A stretch of DNA of 64,000 nt. Origin: Selenomonadales bacterium (lineage in GTDB: Bacteria > Bacillota > Clostridia > Christensenellales > QALW01). Made by a program: the position numbers and the translations under genes. Under the pieces are notes generated by a model. That model saw only the letters and a program-made list of their open reading frames with translations. It searched no databases and was not told the origin of the DNA. Within the stretch, counting starts at the first letter, position 1; each line of letters starts with the position of its first letter. Below are positions 29,721 to 40,207 of this stretch, piece after piece. Location: contig QALW01000021.1 of the NCBI GenBank assembly GCA_003150515.1, positions 163,644-227,643 on the forward strand, read 5' to 3'.

Positions 29721-31295
29721 ATGAACACCTACGGACTTGAAAAGCTCGGAATCATCGCTCCCAAAGCGGTCTACCGCAATTTATCCATTCCGGCTCTGGT
29801 AGAAAAAGCGCTCCAGGCCAACGAGGGGAGCTTAAGCGAAACAGGCGCGCTTGTAGTTAATACCGGCAAATATACGGGCCGCTCTCCTGACGATAAATTT
29901 GTAGTGGATTATCCCTCCATACACGATGAAATAGCCTGGGGCAAAGTAAACGTGCCTATGGACGTTGAAACTTTCGACAAAATATACAACAAAATGACCG
30001 CCTATCTCCAAGGCCGGGACATCTATATCTTTGATGGATTTGCAGGCGCCGATCCCAAATATACTCAGCGCTTCCGCATTATAAACGAATTTGCCTCCCA
30101 GAATTTATTCATCCATCAGCTTTTAATACGTCCCGAAAAGGAGCAGCTTGAAAATTTTGAGCCTGATTTCACAATTATCGCCGCGCCCGGCTTCAAATGC
30201 ATTCCCGAAATAGACGGCACGAACAGCGAAGCCGCCATAATCGTTTCTTTTGAAAGAAAAATGGTTATAATCGCGGGTTCCCAGTATGCGGGCGAAATTA
30301 AGAAGAGCGTGTTCTCCGTTATGAACTACTTGCTGCCCAAAAACGGAGTATTCCCCATGCACTGCTCGGCCAATATAGGCGCCGAGGGAGATACTGCCCT
30401 TTTCTTCGGGCTTTCAGGCACCGGCAAAACCACTCTCAGCGCCGATCCGGAGCGCATGCTTATAGGGGACGACGAGCACGGCTGGTCGGATAACGGCGTA
30501 TTTAACTTTGAGGGCGGCTGCTATGCAAAATGCATTAACCTTTCCAAGGAAAACGAGCCGCAGATATGGAACGCTATCAAATTCGGCGCCCTTGTGGAAA
30601 ACGTTGTTATGGATCCTGAAACAAGAGAATTTGATTTCAACGACGGCAGCCTGACCGAAAACACCCGCGTAGGCTATCCCGTTGAATTTATCCCCAACGC
30701 CGCCATTCCCGGCGTGGGCGGACAGCCTAAAACCGTAGTATTCCTCACGGCCGACGCTTTCGGCGTGCTCCCCCCCATCGCCAAGCTGGATAAGGATATG
30801 GCCATGTTCCATTTTGTTTCGGGCTACACCTCCAAGCTTGCGGGCACCGAGCGCGGAATAACCGAGCCCCAGGCCACGTTCTCCACCTGCTTCGGCGCTC
30901 CCTTCCTGCCCCTGGATCCCAGCGTATACGCTCAAATGCTGGGCGAAAAAGTTGCGGGCAGCGACGCTAAGGTATATTTGATTAATACCGGATGGTCGGG
31001 CGGAAGCTACGGCGTTGGCAAGCGCATGAGCCTTAAATATACCCGCGCCATGGTAACGGCCGCGCTCACCGGCGCTTTGGACAACGTTAAATTTGAGCTG
31101 GATCCCATCTTTAACGTATATGTTCCCACAGAATGCCCCAACGTACCGGCTGAGATCCTCAATCCCAAGAATACCTGGACTGATAAGGCTGAATACGACA
31201 AAACCGCCAGAATGCTGGCCGCGCGCTTTACTGAGAACTTTAAAAAATATACTCACATGCCTGAGAATATTGTTAAGGCCGGCCCTAAAGCTTAA
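29721..31295 (+). CDS. pckA: Phosphoenolpyruvate carboxykinase (ATP)
   Basis: 524 aa. Kinase-1a motif GLSGTGKTT and the GDDEHGW motif. Full-length PckA-type sequence. Confidence 0.95.
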   Translation: MNTYGLEKLGIIAPKAVYRNLSIPALVEKALQANEGSLSETGALVVNTGKYTGRSPDDKFVVDYPSIHDEIAWGKVNVPMDVETFDKIYNKMTAYLQGRDIYIFDGFAGADPKYTQRFRIINEFASQNLFIHQLLIRPEKEQLENFEPDFTIIAAPGFKCIPEIDGTNSEAAIIVSFERKMVIIAGSQYAGEIKKSVFSVMNYLLPKNGVFPMHCSANIGAEGDTALFFGLSGTGKTTLSADPERMLIGDDEHGWSDNGVFNFEGGCYAKCINLSKENEPQIWNAIKFGALVENVVMDPETREFDFNDGSLTENTRVGYPVEFIPNAAIPGVGGQPKTVVFLTADAFGVLPPIAKLDKDMAMFHFVSGYTSKLAGTERGITEPQATFSTCFGAPFLPLDPSVYAQMLGEKVAGSDAKVYLINTGWSGGSYGVGKRMSLKYTRAMVTAALTGALDNVKFELDPIFNVYVPTECPNVPAEILNPKNTWTDKAEYDKTARMLAARFTENFKKYTHMPENIVKAGPKA

Positions 31296-31342
31296 TTTTG
31301 AATAGTTTTTGCCTCGCCTTAGCTATTGCCTTATATTAATTA

Positions 31343-31390
31343 AAAGAACGTTCCTGAGCTCCTCGCGGTGCTTCGGAACGTTCTTTATTT
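31343..31390 (+). terminator. Rho-independent terminator after pckA
   Basis: aaagaacgttcc (31343-31354) pairs with ggaacgttcttt (31375-31386), with a T-rich tail. Confidence 0.7.
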
Positions 31391-31526
31391 ATATCTAGAT
31401 TTCAGCATTCTGCCATAAGAGCGGGTACATAAAAAAATAATATACCCTTATGGATAACGCATATGGCTGCGCATGCCGGAGATTTGTTATAATGCTGAAA
31501 ATATATTTAAGAAAGGAATGTAATTA

Positions 31527-33011
31527 ATGAAAGCATTAAAATTTTGCGCCGCGGCGCTGACGGCTATATGCGTTCTGGCGCTGGCAAGCTGCGGCAAGGA
31601 CGCAAATCCCAGCACGCAGGCAACGCCCTCCCCCACTTCTCCGCAAAATACAGCCGCGCAGGAATCTTCCTATCTCCGCCCGCGCGGAGATTTAAAGAAC
31701 AGTCTGAAACAGGGCGAGAAATACAATTATCTGCTTTGGGCCGTAAACGACGTCTCCAATCCCTTTGAGCATGAGACTGAAATAAACAAAGTGGGCTGGA
31801 CTCAGCGCAAGGCCGACCTGGAGAGCAAATACGGAATTACCATTCAATACGTTATGCCCACTCCTAATTGGTGGCAGGACGCATGCGCCAGCGCGTTTTC
31901 AGGCAATCCCTCGGTTGATTTCATGCATTGCGGCGGACCGTTTACAGTTTTGCCCATGTACGCCTATAACGGTACGGCCGCAAGCGTGGTTCTGCCTTTA
32001 AGCGATTATTCGCAGAGCGCGGATTTCAGCGATAATAATTGGTGGAATCAGGCTCTTCAGACGGCGAATACCACTTTTAACGGCAAGCTTTATTTTGCCG
32101 TGCCCCAAAGCACGGGCATAGGCAGCATTGCTTTTAACCAGGTAGTGCTTTTTAATAAGGAAATATTGGAGCGCAACGGTTATTCGGCCGAAACCCTATA
32201 TTCGGCAAATCAAAACGGAGAATGGACGTGGGAAAAATTCAGAGAAGCGGCCATTGCCTGCACGGATCCGGATAACTCCATATACGGAATAGCGCCCGCT
32301 TATCAAAACGCGCTGATTTGGTCTCTGGCCGCCTCAAACGGAGCCTCGTTTGTCAGCCAGATGAATAATAACGGAACTACATATTTTGAATTTACAGGCA
32401 ATTCGGACAAAATGCTGGACGCCTGGAATTTCCTCGTTCAATTAGGCAGAGACGGAGTGCTTTACCGCGACCAAGGCTTTACGGCCGATCATGAAACTTT
32501 CCTGGCAGGCAAAACGGCCATGATGCCCACTTATGTAAACCGGACCTCCCAGCTTGTCAACGCGGGCACCTACCCAGAATACGGCGTGCTTATGCCTCCC
32601 AAGGCTCCCGGCGCTGAAGATTATGTTTCAGACGTTAACTGGTTTGATCCCTATTGCGCTTTTAAGGGCACGGCCAATCCTGAAGGAACGGTTCAGCTTC
32701 TGAGCGATTATTGCTGTCCCCTTTATTCTCTGGACGACGAGCGCAATGAGGCTTCCTTTGACGCGGAGCTTCTCAGCCTTACCACCGACCAGGGCTCGCA
32801 ATGGACACTGCGCAATATCTCGGAAAAGAGCGCTCCTCAAAGCTATTTTATGTTTTCCAATCTTACTTTCCCGGATGGAGCCAATTTTATGAATAAAATT
32901 ACCGAGCAATGGCCCGCCTTTGTGGACGGACAGCAGACTCCGGGCACCTATTTTGATTCCATAGCCGAAAGCGTAAACCAACTGCTCAAGGATGCGCAGG
33001 GGCTTAAATAA
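31527..33011 (+). CDS. Extracellular solute-binding lipoprotein (ABC-type, family 1), orphan
   Basis: 494 aa. Lipobox LALASCGKD, a low-complexity linker, then a large SBP_bac_1-like body. No permease or ATPase gene is adjacent. Confidence 0.7.
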   Translation: MKALKFCAAALTAICVLALASCGKDANPSTQATPSPTSPQNTAAQESSYLRPRGDLKNSLKQGEKYNYLLWAVNDVSNPFEHETEINKVGWTQRKADLESKYGITIQYVMPTPNWWQDACASAFSGNPSVDFMHCGGPFTVLPMYAYNGTAASVVLPLSDYSQSADFSDNNWWNQALQTANTTFNGKLYFAVPQSTGIGSIAFNQVVLFNKEILERNGYSAETLYSANQNGEWTWEKFREAAIACTDPDNSIYGIAPAYQNALIWSLAASNGASFVSQMNNNGTTYFEFTGNSDKMLDAWNFLVQLGRDGVLYRDQGFTADHETFLAGKTAMMPTYVNRTSQLVNAGTYPEYGVLMPPKAPGAEDYVSDVNWFDPYCAFKGTANPEGTVQLLSDYCCPLYSLDDERNEASFDAELLSLTTDQGSQWTLRNISEKSAPQSYFMFSNLTFPDGANFMNKITEQWPAFVDGQQTPGTYFDSIAESVNQLLKDAQGLK

Positions 33012-33085
33012 TTTAATTTTATACACCCAAATCATTTTAACACGCTCATACTCAAAGCGCACAGGCTTTAAATTAATAAAGCTGC

Positions 33086-33125
33086 GAAGCCCTGAGAAAG
33101 CTTTTGCTTTCCCAGGGCTTCTTTT
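33086..33125. terminator. Hairpin terminator between convergent genes
   Basis: gaagccctgagaaagc, loop tttt, gctttcccagggcttc (one mismatch), followed by TTTT. Confidence 0.7.
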
Positions 33126-33137
33126 AAAACAAACCTC

Positions 33138-34664
33138 TTACGCCTTAATCTGCCTATAAACTATAAGCCTTGTTCCCGCGGGCGGATTATCCGATATTTC
33201 CGGATTTACTTCTTTTAAATCTTCAATGCCTACTCCCAGCTCCCGGCCTACGCTCCAAAGCGTATCTCCCGGCTGCATTATATAAATACATATCCCATAG
33301 CCGTCCGGTCTGGTTTCGCCCGAATCCTCAACTGACAGCAGGACGTTGGCCGTTTTGCTCTCATATCCCATTAAATCTACGGTTATTCCAAACCGTATTT
33401 CACATTCGCTGGAGCCAAGCAGGGCGGATACCATCTGCTCTACCGCAGTATTCACAAATATTTCCATGCCAGAGCGTATATCAGGGTTATCGAAAATAAG
33501 TTCAAAATTAATAATCTGGTCAAAAGAACTTATTTCGCCCGTTCCCGAAGCAATATAAATTACATATACCCTGGCCGCCATATTAAGCAGCGCGCGGCCG
33601 TCCATAGCCGTAACGCTTTCAGCATAGGGCTGAGCAAGCACGGCGGAAATACGCGCCATGGGCGGCATGCCCTTGGGCAGAGAAGCGGCCACCCGCGCCG
33701 CAAGATTAGCCTGCGCCTGCACGGCGCATTTCTTATATTCAATCTCCTTTTGCACAAGAGCCAGCTCGTTCTGCGTTGAATATGCGTCCATGATAAGATT
33801 GACGCTCTTCTGGCTGCAAGCGCTTGCGCAGGCGTTAATAAGGCATTCGCAGGTCAATATGCGGTATTCGCCCTGCTGGTTGGTTTCAATCTGTATATTG
33901 CATTCCTCAACCATGGCGCATACGTCCGCTTCCATGCCCGCCCGCACAGGCGCCTCTATAACCCTGCTGAAAGGTATTTTATCCGCCACCTGCGCTATCG
34001 GCTCATACTCGTCCTCGCAGTCGTATGTAATCCTGAGCACGATATCTCCCTCAAAGAGAATTTCATTATCCTCGCAGCGGGCTTCGCTTATAACGGCGCT
34101 GGCCTGAGTGCAGAGCACTCGTTTAACCTCAGGCATGCGGACCGAAAGCTCTATATCCTCCTTAACGCTGAAACGGGAATAAAACACGCCCTCGTTGACC
34201 GTGCTTTCCACCTCGGCGGAGAGCACATGCACATTTTCATCCTGTATTTCGGATACCGCGCTGATATCCTCCGCAGTTATGCTCATAATCCGCAGCAGCA
34301 ATTCTACGTCAAAGACTACGCTGCCTCCCTGAATAGCAGCCGTATAATCCTTAACGACAGGGCAAACCTTGATTGTGGCCTTGGGGCTCAGCCCAGGAAG
34401 CTTCGCAGCATAATCAAAGGCCTGGCTTCCGTTCACCCTCATAAGCGCATCCCCCTGAGAAACAACCGCGCAGCCCCGCACCGTTCCTTCCAGGATACAC
34501 TCCGAGGCAAGAGCCTCGCATCTTCCCATGCTTACTTCAACATCCGCTCCGAGCAAAACGGCTTGAGCGTCCGTGCTCGGCAACTGAGCAATTATCCGCA
34601 CGCTGCGAGTAAACTCCGCTGCGGCGACCTCATCATAACGTAACTGTTCCATGGTTATATCCAT
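33138..34664 (-). CDS. sipL: DUF3794 (SPOCS) repeat protein with C-terminal LysM domain; SipL-like spore morphogenetic protein
   Basis: 508 aa. The C-terminal LysM is YIMQPGDTLWSVGRELGVGIEDLKEVNPEI...GTRLIVY. The size and architecture match clostridial SipL (DUF3794 + LysM). Confidence 0.6.
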   Translation of the reverse strand: MDITMEQLRYDEVAAAEFTRSVRIIAQLPSTDAQAVLLGADVEVSMGRCEALASECILEGTVRGCAVVSQGDALMRVNGSQAFDYAAKLPGLSPKATIKVCPVVKDYTAAIQGGSVVFDVELLLRIMSITAEDISAVSEIQDENVHVLSAEVESTVNEGVFYSRFSVKEDIELSVRMPEVKRVLCTQASAVISEARCEDNEILFEGDIVLRITYDCEDEYEPIAQVADKIPFSRVIEAPVRAGMEADVCAMVEECNIQIETNQQGEYRILTCECLINACASACSQKSVNLIMDAYSTQNELALVQKEIEYKKCAVQAQANLAARVAASLPKGMPPMARISAVLAQPYAESVTAMDGRALLNMAARVYVIYIASGTGEISSFDQIINFELIFDNPDIRSGMEIFVNTAVEQMVSALLGSSECEIRFGITVDLMGYESKTANVLLSVEDSGETRPDGYGICIYIMQPGDTLWSVGRELGVGIEDLKEVNPEISDNPPAGTRLIVYRQIKA

Positions 34665-34961
34665 ATTCGCTCCTCCCTCGGCACAATCAAAATTTGTCCC
34701 ATTAATTGTTATTACATTCTATAAACCCTTTAACTCAAATATGACTGTTCATTTCAGGTTTTTTAAAATTTTATGCAGCCGTTTGCCCCCTTTGGGCCCG
34801 TGCTTAGAATTTATATGCAGCTTTTGTTAAATAATTTCAAAAAAACTATTCACAAAACTCGCCGGCATATGCTATAATATAATCAATAAATTGTTGATAA
34901 CTGTTTTTAAGGCAGTATTATTCAAATTACTTGTCCGCCGAGCGAAGAAACGGAGTAAATT

Positions 34962-35504
34962 ATGGCCAATTACAGATTGAGTATAAGGAAAATCGAGCGC
35001 AGCGATATGCCGGCTATTATTGCCTGGGCAAGAAATCAAAATCTTATGAAATATCTTCATATATCTCTGCCTCAAACCGAACAGAACGGCAATCAATGGT
35101 TCCAGCGTTCTCTTATAGACCGCACGCGCGACGATTTTGTTATTCACGCCGTAAACGAGGAAGGAGAACGCACTCCTATTGGTCTGCTGGGACTCTTTAA
35201 TATAGACGAGGCCAATAAAAAAGCTGAATACTATATTCTAATAGGCAACAGTGATTTTGCACGAAGAGGCATAGCTTCCAGAGCCACTGCTGAAATGCTG
35301 GGCAACTGCTTCAAGCTGCTTAATTATAATAAAATTACAGTCATGGTGGATAAAGAGCATTATGACGCGCAGAAGCTTGCCGAAAAGCTCGGCTTTAAAA
35401 AAGAAGGGCTTCTTATTCAGGATATACTGCCGGAGGGCGGCGAATATATAGACCGCTTTATTTACAGCATAACCAAAGCGCAATATGAAGAATGGTCAAA
35501 ATAA
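34962..35504 (+). CDS. GNAT family N-acetyltransferase (RimJ/RimL-like)
   Basis: 180 aa. Acetyltransf_3-like pattern (IGLLGLFNIDEANKKAEYYILIG...RRGIASRA). Confidence 0.75.
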   Translation: MANYRLSIRKIERSDMPAIIAWARNQNLMKYLHISLPQTEQNGNQWFQRSLIDRTRDDFVIHAVNEEGERTPIGLLGLFNIDEANKKAEYYILIGNSDFARRGIASRATAEMLGNCFKLLNYNKITVMVDKEHYDAQKLAEKLGFKKEGLLIQDILPEGGEYIDRFIYSITKAQYEEWSK

Positions 35505-35520
35505 TACGCTGATTGTTCAG

Positions 35521-35543
35521 CCCGCTTAAGCGGGCTTTTTTTA
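35521..35543 (+). terminator. Rho-independent terminator
   Basis: gcccgc, loop ttaa, gcgggc, followed by T7. Confidence 0.8.
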
Positions 35544-35801
35544 TTTCTCCATTTATACAATGCAAGCAGAGCGCAGAATCTTTGCCAAAAGGCTGCGCCC
35601 TTTTTGCCCCGCGGGCATGAAAATTTCCAGCTCCGCTTTTATTTTCGCGGCTTTAAGCTGCCCTTAAACTCCTCCGTGCAAAAAGCCGCATAAAAGAATT
35701 CCATCTCCTTTTTATTAAAAAATCACTTCTACAACATCCTGCGGGAGCATATTGTATTTCAGGAGGACAAACCCTCCCCATTAATAACGAGGACTGATAT
35801 C

Positions 35802-36737
35802 ATGAAAGAAATACTGGACATTCTTCCCGAGCGGATATCGGGCATGCTCTCAGCCGTATCCCCCGCCAAGCAGGCAGGAATCCGGGAAATACGCCTCAGA
35901 AGGGAAAAACCCATTCTGCTTAAGACGCCCGACGGCGAATACGGATTAAATAAAACCGGGCTGAGCAGATATGACGGCGAAAAATTCACCAGGGACGACT
36001 GCGAACGCTTCTGGCGCCGGCTTACAGCCCATTCCCCCTATGCACTGGCGGTATGCGGACGTCAGGGATATATCACAATTCCGGGAGGGCATAGAATAGG
36101 CCTATGCGGAGAAGCTGTAATTAAAGAAAACGATATACACCTTTTTAAAAACGTATCTTCCTTCCTGATAAGGATAGCTCATCAGGTGCGCGGATGCGCT
36201 CTGCCCCTTATAGACCGCATTACATATAATTCCAAGCCTTTGAGCTCGTTAATCATATCCCCGCCCGGCTGCGGCAAAACCACCATGCTGCGCGATTTGG
36301 CACGGATTTTTTCCGAAATGGGCTTTAATGTCTGCATAGCGGACGAGCGGGGAGAAATTTCATCGGGAAGGGACGGAATTGCCTGCCTGGATATCGGCCC
36401 CAGGACGGATTTTATATGCGGCGCGGACAAGGCGGACGGGATGAACATACTTTTGCGCAGCATGAGCCCAGATCTTATAATTACGGACGAATTAGGCAGC
36501 GCCGGAGAAGCAAGGGCCGTATTGGACGCCGCCGCCGCGGGAGTAAGCGTAATAGCCAGCGCGCACGGCGGCAGCCTTGACGGCATTCTGGCCCGCCCCA
36601 GTCTCTCAGGGCTTTTTGAAGCAGGCGTTTTCAGCAGATACATAATACTCTCGGATATACCCGGCCGTATTAAAGAAATTTACGACGCCGAAGGCCGCCC
36701 GCTTGAAACGCCCGGCGCCGGAAGAATGGTTATATAA
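35802..36737 (+). CDS. spoIIIAA: Stage III sporulation protein AA (ATPase)
   Basis: 311 aa. Walker A SPPGCGKTT. First gene of an eight-gene spoIIIA array. Confidence 0.9.
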   Translation: MKEILDILPERISGMLSAVSPAKQAGIREIRLRREKPILLKTPDGEYGLNKTGLSRYDGEKFTRDDCERFWRRLTAHSPYALAVCGRQGYITIPGGHRIGLCGEAVIKENDIHLFKNVSSFLIRIAHQVRGCALPLIDRITYNSKPLSSLIISPPGCGKTTMLRDLARIFSEMGFNVCIADERGEISSGRDGIACLDIGPRTDFICGADKADGMNILLRSMSPDLIITDELGSAGEARAVLDAAAAGVSVIASAHGGSLDGILARPSLSGLFEAGVFSRYIILSDIPGRIKEIYDAEGRPLETPGAGRMVI

Positions 36738-36847
36738 GAAATATTGCCGCGATAAAAAACTGCGCGCCGGAATTTTTCAGAACACGCGCCGCTATGAATT
36801 AAGCGTCCGTCTCCATAAAAGCCTATGATAAAAAAGGAGAGTAAAAT

Positions 36848-37363
36848 ATGCTTTTAATTAAATTGGCCTGCTGCGCGCTGTTAATCTGGCTGTGCGCTTC
36901 AGTTGGACAAAAGCGAGCGCTTTCCGCGCGTTCAAAGGCGCAAAGCCAGCTTGAGCTTGCAGGCGCAATTCTCAAAATTAAAAGCCTTATCATTTACGAT
37001 AACGCAACTGTGAAGGAAATATTATCCTCCCCTTTATCTGAAAACAGTCAGGTCCGTCTTTATTTTGAATCAATCCGCCGGCAGCTATCGGATAATCCAG
37101 AGCTTTCTCTGGGCCAGGCAGCCCGCGGCGCGGCCATGAATAATGAATTAGAGCCCGTCAAAGAAGCTTTTTTAACAGCCGCGGACGGCTTAAAGGAAAT
37201 TGAATGCGCAGACACGGAGCACAGCGCCGCCCGGCTGACTCTTGCATATGAAAGCATCAAAAACAGCGGAGACGCGGCCATGGAAATATATAAGCAAAAA
37301 TCCTCTCTCTATCGCAGCATAGGCATACTTTCAGGCCTGTTAGCATCTATATTAATAATTTAA
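36848..37363 (+). CDS. spoIIIAB: Stage III sporulation protein AB
   Basis: 171 aa with N- and C-terminal TM helices. Position and size are typical. RBS AAGGAGAG. Confidence 0.85.
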   Translation: MLLIKLACCALLIWLCASVGQKRALSARSKAQSQLELAGAILKIKSLIIYDNATVKEILSSPLSENSQVRLYFESIRRQLSDNPELSLGQAARGAAMNNELEPVKEAFLTAADGLKEIECADTEHSAARLTLAYESIKNSGDAAMEIYKQKSSLYRSIGILSGLLASILII

Positions 37364-37383
37364 GAATACTTAGGAGGCCGGTT

Positions 37384-37581
37384 ATGGACATAGATATAAT
37401 TTTTAAAATAGCTGCGGTAGGCATTTTAGTGGCCATACTTAATCAGCTTCTTAACAAAGCGGGCAAGGAAGAAATCGCCATGATGACTACAATCGCCGGC
37501 CTTATAATTGTGCTTCTGATGGTAATTGATATGATAAGCGGACTGTTTGAAACCATCAGACAGATTTTCGGGCTTTTCTGA
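37384..37581 (+). CDS. spoIIIAC: Stage III sporulation protein AC
   Basis: 65-aa two-TM protein (MDIDIIFKIAAVGILVAILNQLL...). Confidence 0.88.
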   Translation: MDIDIIFKIAAVGILVAILNQLLNKAGKEEIAMMTTIAGLIIVLLMVIDMISGLFETIRQIFGLF

Positions 37582-37583
37582 CC

Positions 37584-37982
37584 ATGGGCGGAATATTTAC
37601 CCTTCTGGGAATAGCCGTAACGGCCGTTATTGCTTCTGTTTTATTAAAGCGGGAAGGGGCGCATTGGGGATTAATTATTTCCGCGGCGGCAGGCGTGATA
37701 CTTTTTATTACCGTACTGCCCGAGCTTAGAGATATAATATCCGCTTTATCCGGGCTTGCCGACGTTTCCCAAATTGGCTCGGCATGGCTCTCCCCCCTGT
37801 TAAAAATAGTAGGAGTGGCTTTTTTAGGAGAATGGGGCGTGCAGTTATGCAAAGACGCCGGCGAAAACGCCATAGCGGTTAAACTGGAAATGGGTGTAAA
37901 AATCGTGCTGCTTGTGCTTTGCATACCAGTTATATCCCAGCTTTTAAATCTAATTACCTCTCTTTTAAACGGAGGAATATAA
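37584..37982 (+). CDS. spoIIIAD: Stage III sporulation protein AD
   Basis: 132-aa polytopic membrane protein following spoIIIAC. Confidence 0.88.
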   Translation: MGGIFTLLGIAVTAVIASVLLKREGAHWGLIISAAAGVILFITVLPELRDIISALSGLADVSQIGSAWLSPLLKIVGVAFLGEWGVQLCKDAGENAIAVKLEMGVKIVLLVLCIPVISQLLNLITSLLNGGI

Positions 37983-39137
37983 ATGTGCAAAAGATTATGG
38001 ATTATAATTCTTTTAGCTTTAACTCTTACAGCAATGGTTTTTCCCTCTCTTGGATCGCAGGCGAAGGATATTATCGACGAAAGCATAAAAGGCCTGGATT
38101 TAACCGAATGGGAGCAATTTCTTAATACCCTGAGCGAGGACGAGCGCGCCCTGCTGCCCGAAGGCGGCGCTCAGAGCCTTATTGAGGATATTGTACAGGG
38201 AAAACTGGAATTAAGCTATGACAGCGTTTTGGAAGGACTGCTTTCCCTGCTTCTGCATCAGTTTTATAAATTGCTTCCGTTTATGCTGGAAATAACCGTG
38301 CTGGCCATTCTTGCTTCTGTTATTTCCAATCTTCAGAATAACGGGCAGGGAGTAAACGAGATTATACGCTTCGTGCTTTATGCCCTTATTGCGCTTATAT
38401 TATGCCAAAGCCTGTTTTCACTAGTAAGCTATGCAAAAAATACCGTAGAAAAAATAGGCTCTCTTATACAATTAGCTACTCCCATATTGCTGGCTTTGCT
38501 TATATCCATCGGGGCTTCCTCCTCTGCCGGAGTGCTCCAGCCCGATTCAGCTATATTGGTCTCAGGAGTAGGAAGCATTCTCGCCTCCTTTGTCATCCCC
38601 ATAATTCTTGTAATGACCGTACTAGTTTTTTTATCCAATCTTTCCCCCAGAATAAAGCTGGGAGGGATAGCCGCCCTTATGCGCAGCGTTGCAAGCTGGA
38701 CGATGGGCATTGTTTTTACAATCTTTGCGGGAGTGATTTCTATTCACGGGCTGGCGGCGGCCAGCTATGACGGCGTATCCCTGCGAGCCGTAAAATATGC
38801 CATAAATACCGGTATCCCCATAATCGGAGGCATGGTGGGAGAAAGTATGAATATGGTGCTTTCCTGCACCCTTCTGATTAAAAACGCCGTAGGAATAGTT
38901 TCCCTGCTCTGCATGGCCGGGATAATGCTTGCTCCTTGCATAAATATAATAGCGTATATCTTTATGCTGAAATTCGGAGCGGCCGTTCTCTCCCCTATTT
39001 CAGAGGGCAATATATCGAATTTTTTCAATCAGCTTGCCGATTCGCTGAAATTACTGCTTACAGCCGTCTGCGGAATGAGCGTTATAGCCATTATCCTGAT
39101 TGGAATTATAATAGGCGCCGGCAATGCGGCGGTATAA
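37983..39137 (+). CDS. spoIIIAE: Stage III sporulation protein AE
   Basis: 384 aa with a signal/anchor segment plus multiple TM segments. Abuts the spoIIIAD stop. Confidence 0.9.
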   Translation: MCKRLWIIILLALTLTAMVFPSLGSQAKDIIDESIKGLDLTEWEQFLNTLSEDERALLPEGGAQSLIEDIVQGKLELSYDSVLEGLLSLLLHQFYKLLPFMLEITVLAILASVISNLQNNGQGVNEIIRFVLYALIALILCQSLFSLVSYAKNTVEKIGSLIQLATPILLALLISIGASSSAGVLQPDSAILVSGVGSILASFVIPIILVMTVLVFLSNLSPRIKLGGIAALMRSVASWTMGIVFTIFAGVISIHGLAAASYDGVSLRAVKYAINTGIPIIGGMVGESMNMVLSCTLLIKNAVGIVSLLCMAGIMLAPCINIIAYIFMLKFGAAVLSPISEGNISNFFNQLADSLKLLLTAVCGMSVIAIILIGIIIGAGNAAV

Positions 39138-39151
39138 GAGGGAGCGTTAAT

Positions 39152-39601
39152 ATGGAATGGCTTACAGGATATGTAGTTAAAATATGCGCCGCCGCGCTTA
39201 TTTCCTTTGTAGTAGATATGCTGCTGCCCGAAGGAAATATAAAAAGAACCGCACGCTTCTGCGCGTCTTTAGTAATAACCATAATAATATGCGCGCCGCT
39301 GATAAATCTTTTTACGCAGCAACAGACTGTTATAACTCCCCCTGATAAAAATCACAGCGTTCCTGATGAATATCAGATAAAACAAAGCGTGGAAAAGGCG
39401 ATAACCCAGCTTATAAAAACAGTAGACGGATTTAATGAAGCACAGGTAACAGTGACCCTCTCAGACGGAAATCCGTATTCAGTAGAAATATATAAAAATC
39501 AAAACGGCGCGCCCATAAACAAATTAAACGAACAAAAAATTATTGAGCTAATCTCTGTTCTATATAAAATTGATGAGAATAAGATTTATATAAGAGAATA
39601 A
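39152..39601 (+). CDS. spoIIIAF: Stage III sporulation protein AF
   Basis: The start MEWLTGYVVKICAAALISFVVDMLLPEG at 39152 follows GAGGGAG. The track ORF start at 38936 lies inside spoIIIAE. Confidence 0.85.
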   Translation: MEWLTGYVVKICAAALISFVVDMLLPEGNIKRTARFCASLVITIIICAPLINLFTQQQTVITPPDKNHSVPDEYQIKQSVEKAITQLIKTVDGFNEAQVTVTLSDGNPYSVEIYKNQNGAPINKLNEQKIIELISVLYKIDENKIYIRE

Positions 39602-39616
39602 AACCATATATAAAGG

Positions 39617-40186
39617 ATGGATAAACCAATGAAAGGATTTAAGGAACTGGTAAACAAACTGAAAGGAATAAAGAACATTGAAATTATTCTGGCGGTGGCA
39701 ATAGGAATCATAATACTCGTAATATATTTTTTCCCATCAGAAAATAAAAATAAGAATCAACAGACCGAATCGGGCATAACAATTAATACGAGCAGCGAAC
39801 TTACAGACGAACAAAAGCTTAAAAACGTGCTATCGGAAATCAAAGGCGCAGGGAGGATAGAGGTGATGATTACATATGAATCCAGTCCGGAGCTGGTGCC
39901 TGCATTCAGCACCGACACTCAGGAGACCACCAATGTGCAGTCGGGACAGAACAGCACAACCGAGTCACAGACTGTTTCCCAGAATCAGAATCCCATCACC
40001 ATCAGCAAAGACGGAGAAAGCCAAGCGCTTATATTGGTGGAAAAAAAGCCGAAGATAAGGGGGGTGATTGTGGTTGCCGAGGGTGCTGCGGACTTAGGAG
40101 TAAAATTAAACCTGTATAGCGCCGTACAGACGGCATTGCAGGTGGACGCCAACAAAGTAGATGTTTTTGAAATGAATAAAAATTAA
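39617..40186 (+). CDS. spoIIIAG: Stage III sporulation protein AG
   Basis: 189 aa with an N-terminal TM helix, a polar linker, and a ring-building-motif-like C-terminus (IRGVIVVAEGA). The alternative start is 39629. Confidence 0.85.
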   Translation: MDKPMKGFKELVNKLKGIKNIEIILAVAIGIIILVIYFFPSENKNKNQQTESGITINTSSELTDEQKLKNVLSEIKGAGRIEVMITYESSPELVPAFSTDTQETTNVQSGQNSTTESQTVSQNQNPITISKDGESQALILVEKKPKIRGVIVVAEGAADLGVKLNLYSAVQTALQVDANKVDVFEMNKN

Positions 40187-40207
40187 TTATAAGGGAGTGT
40201 ATGTAAA

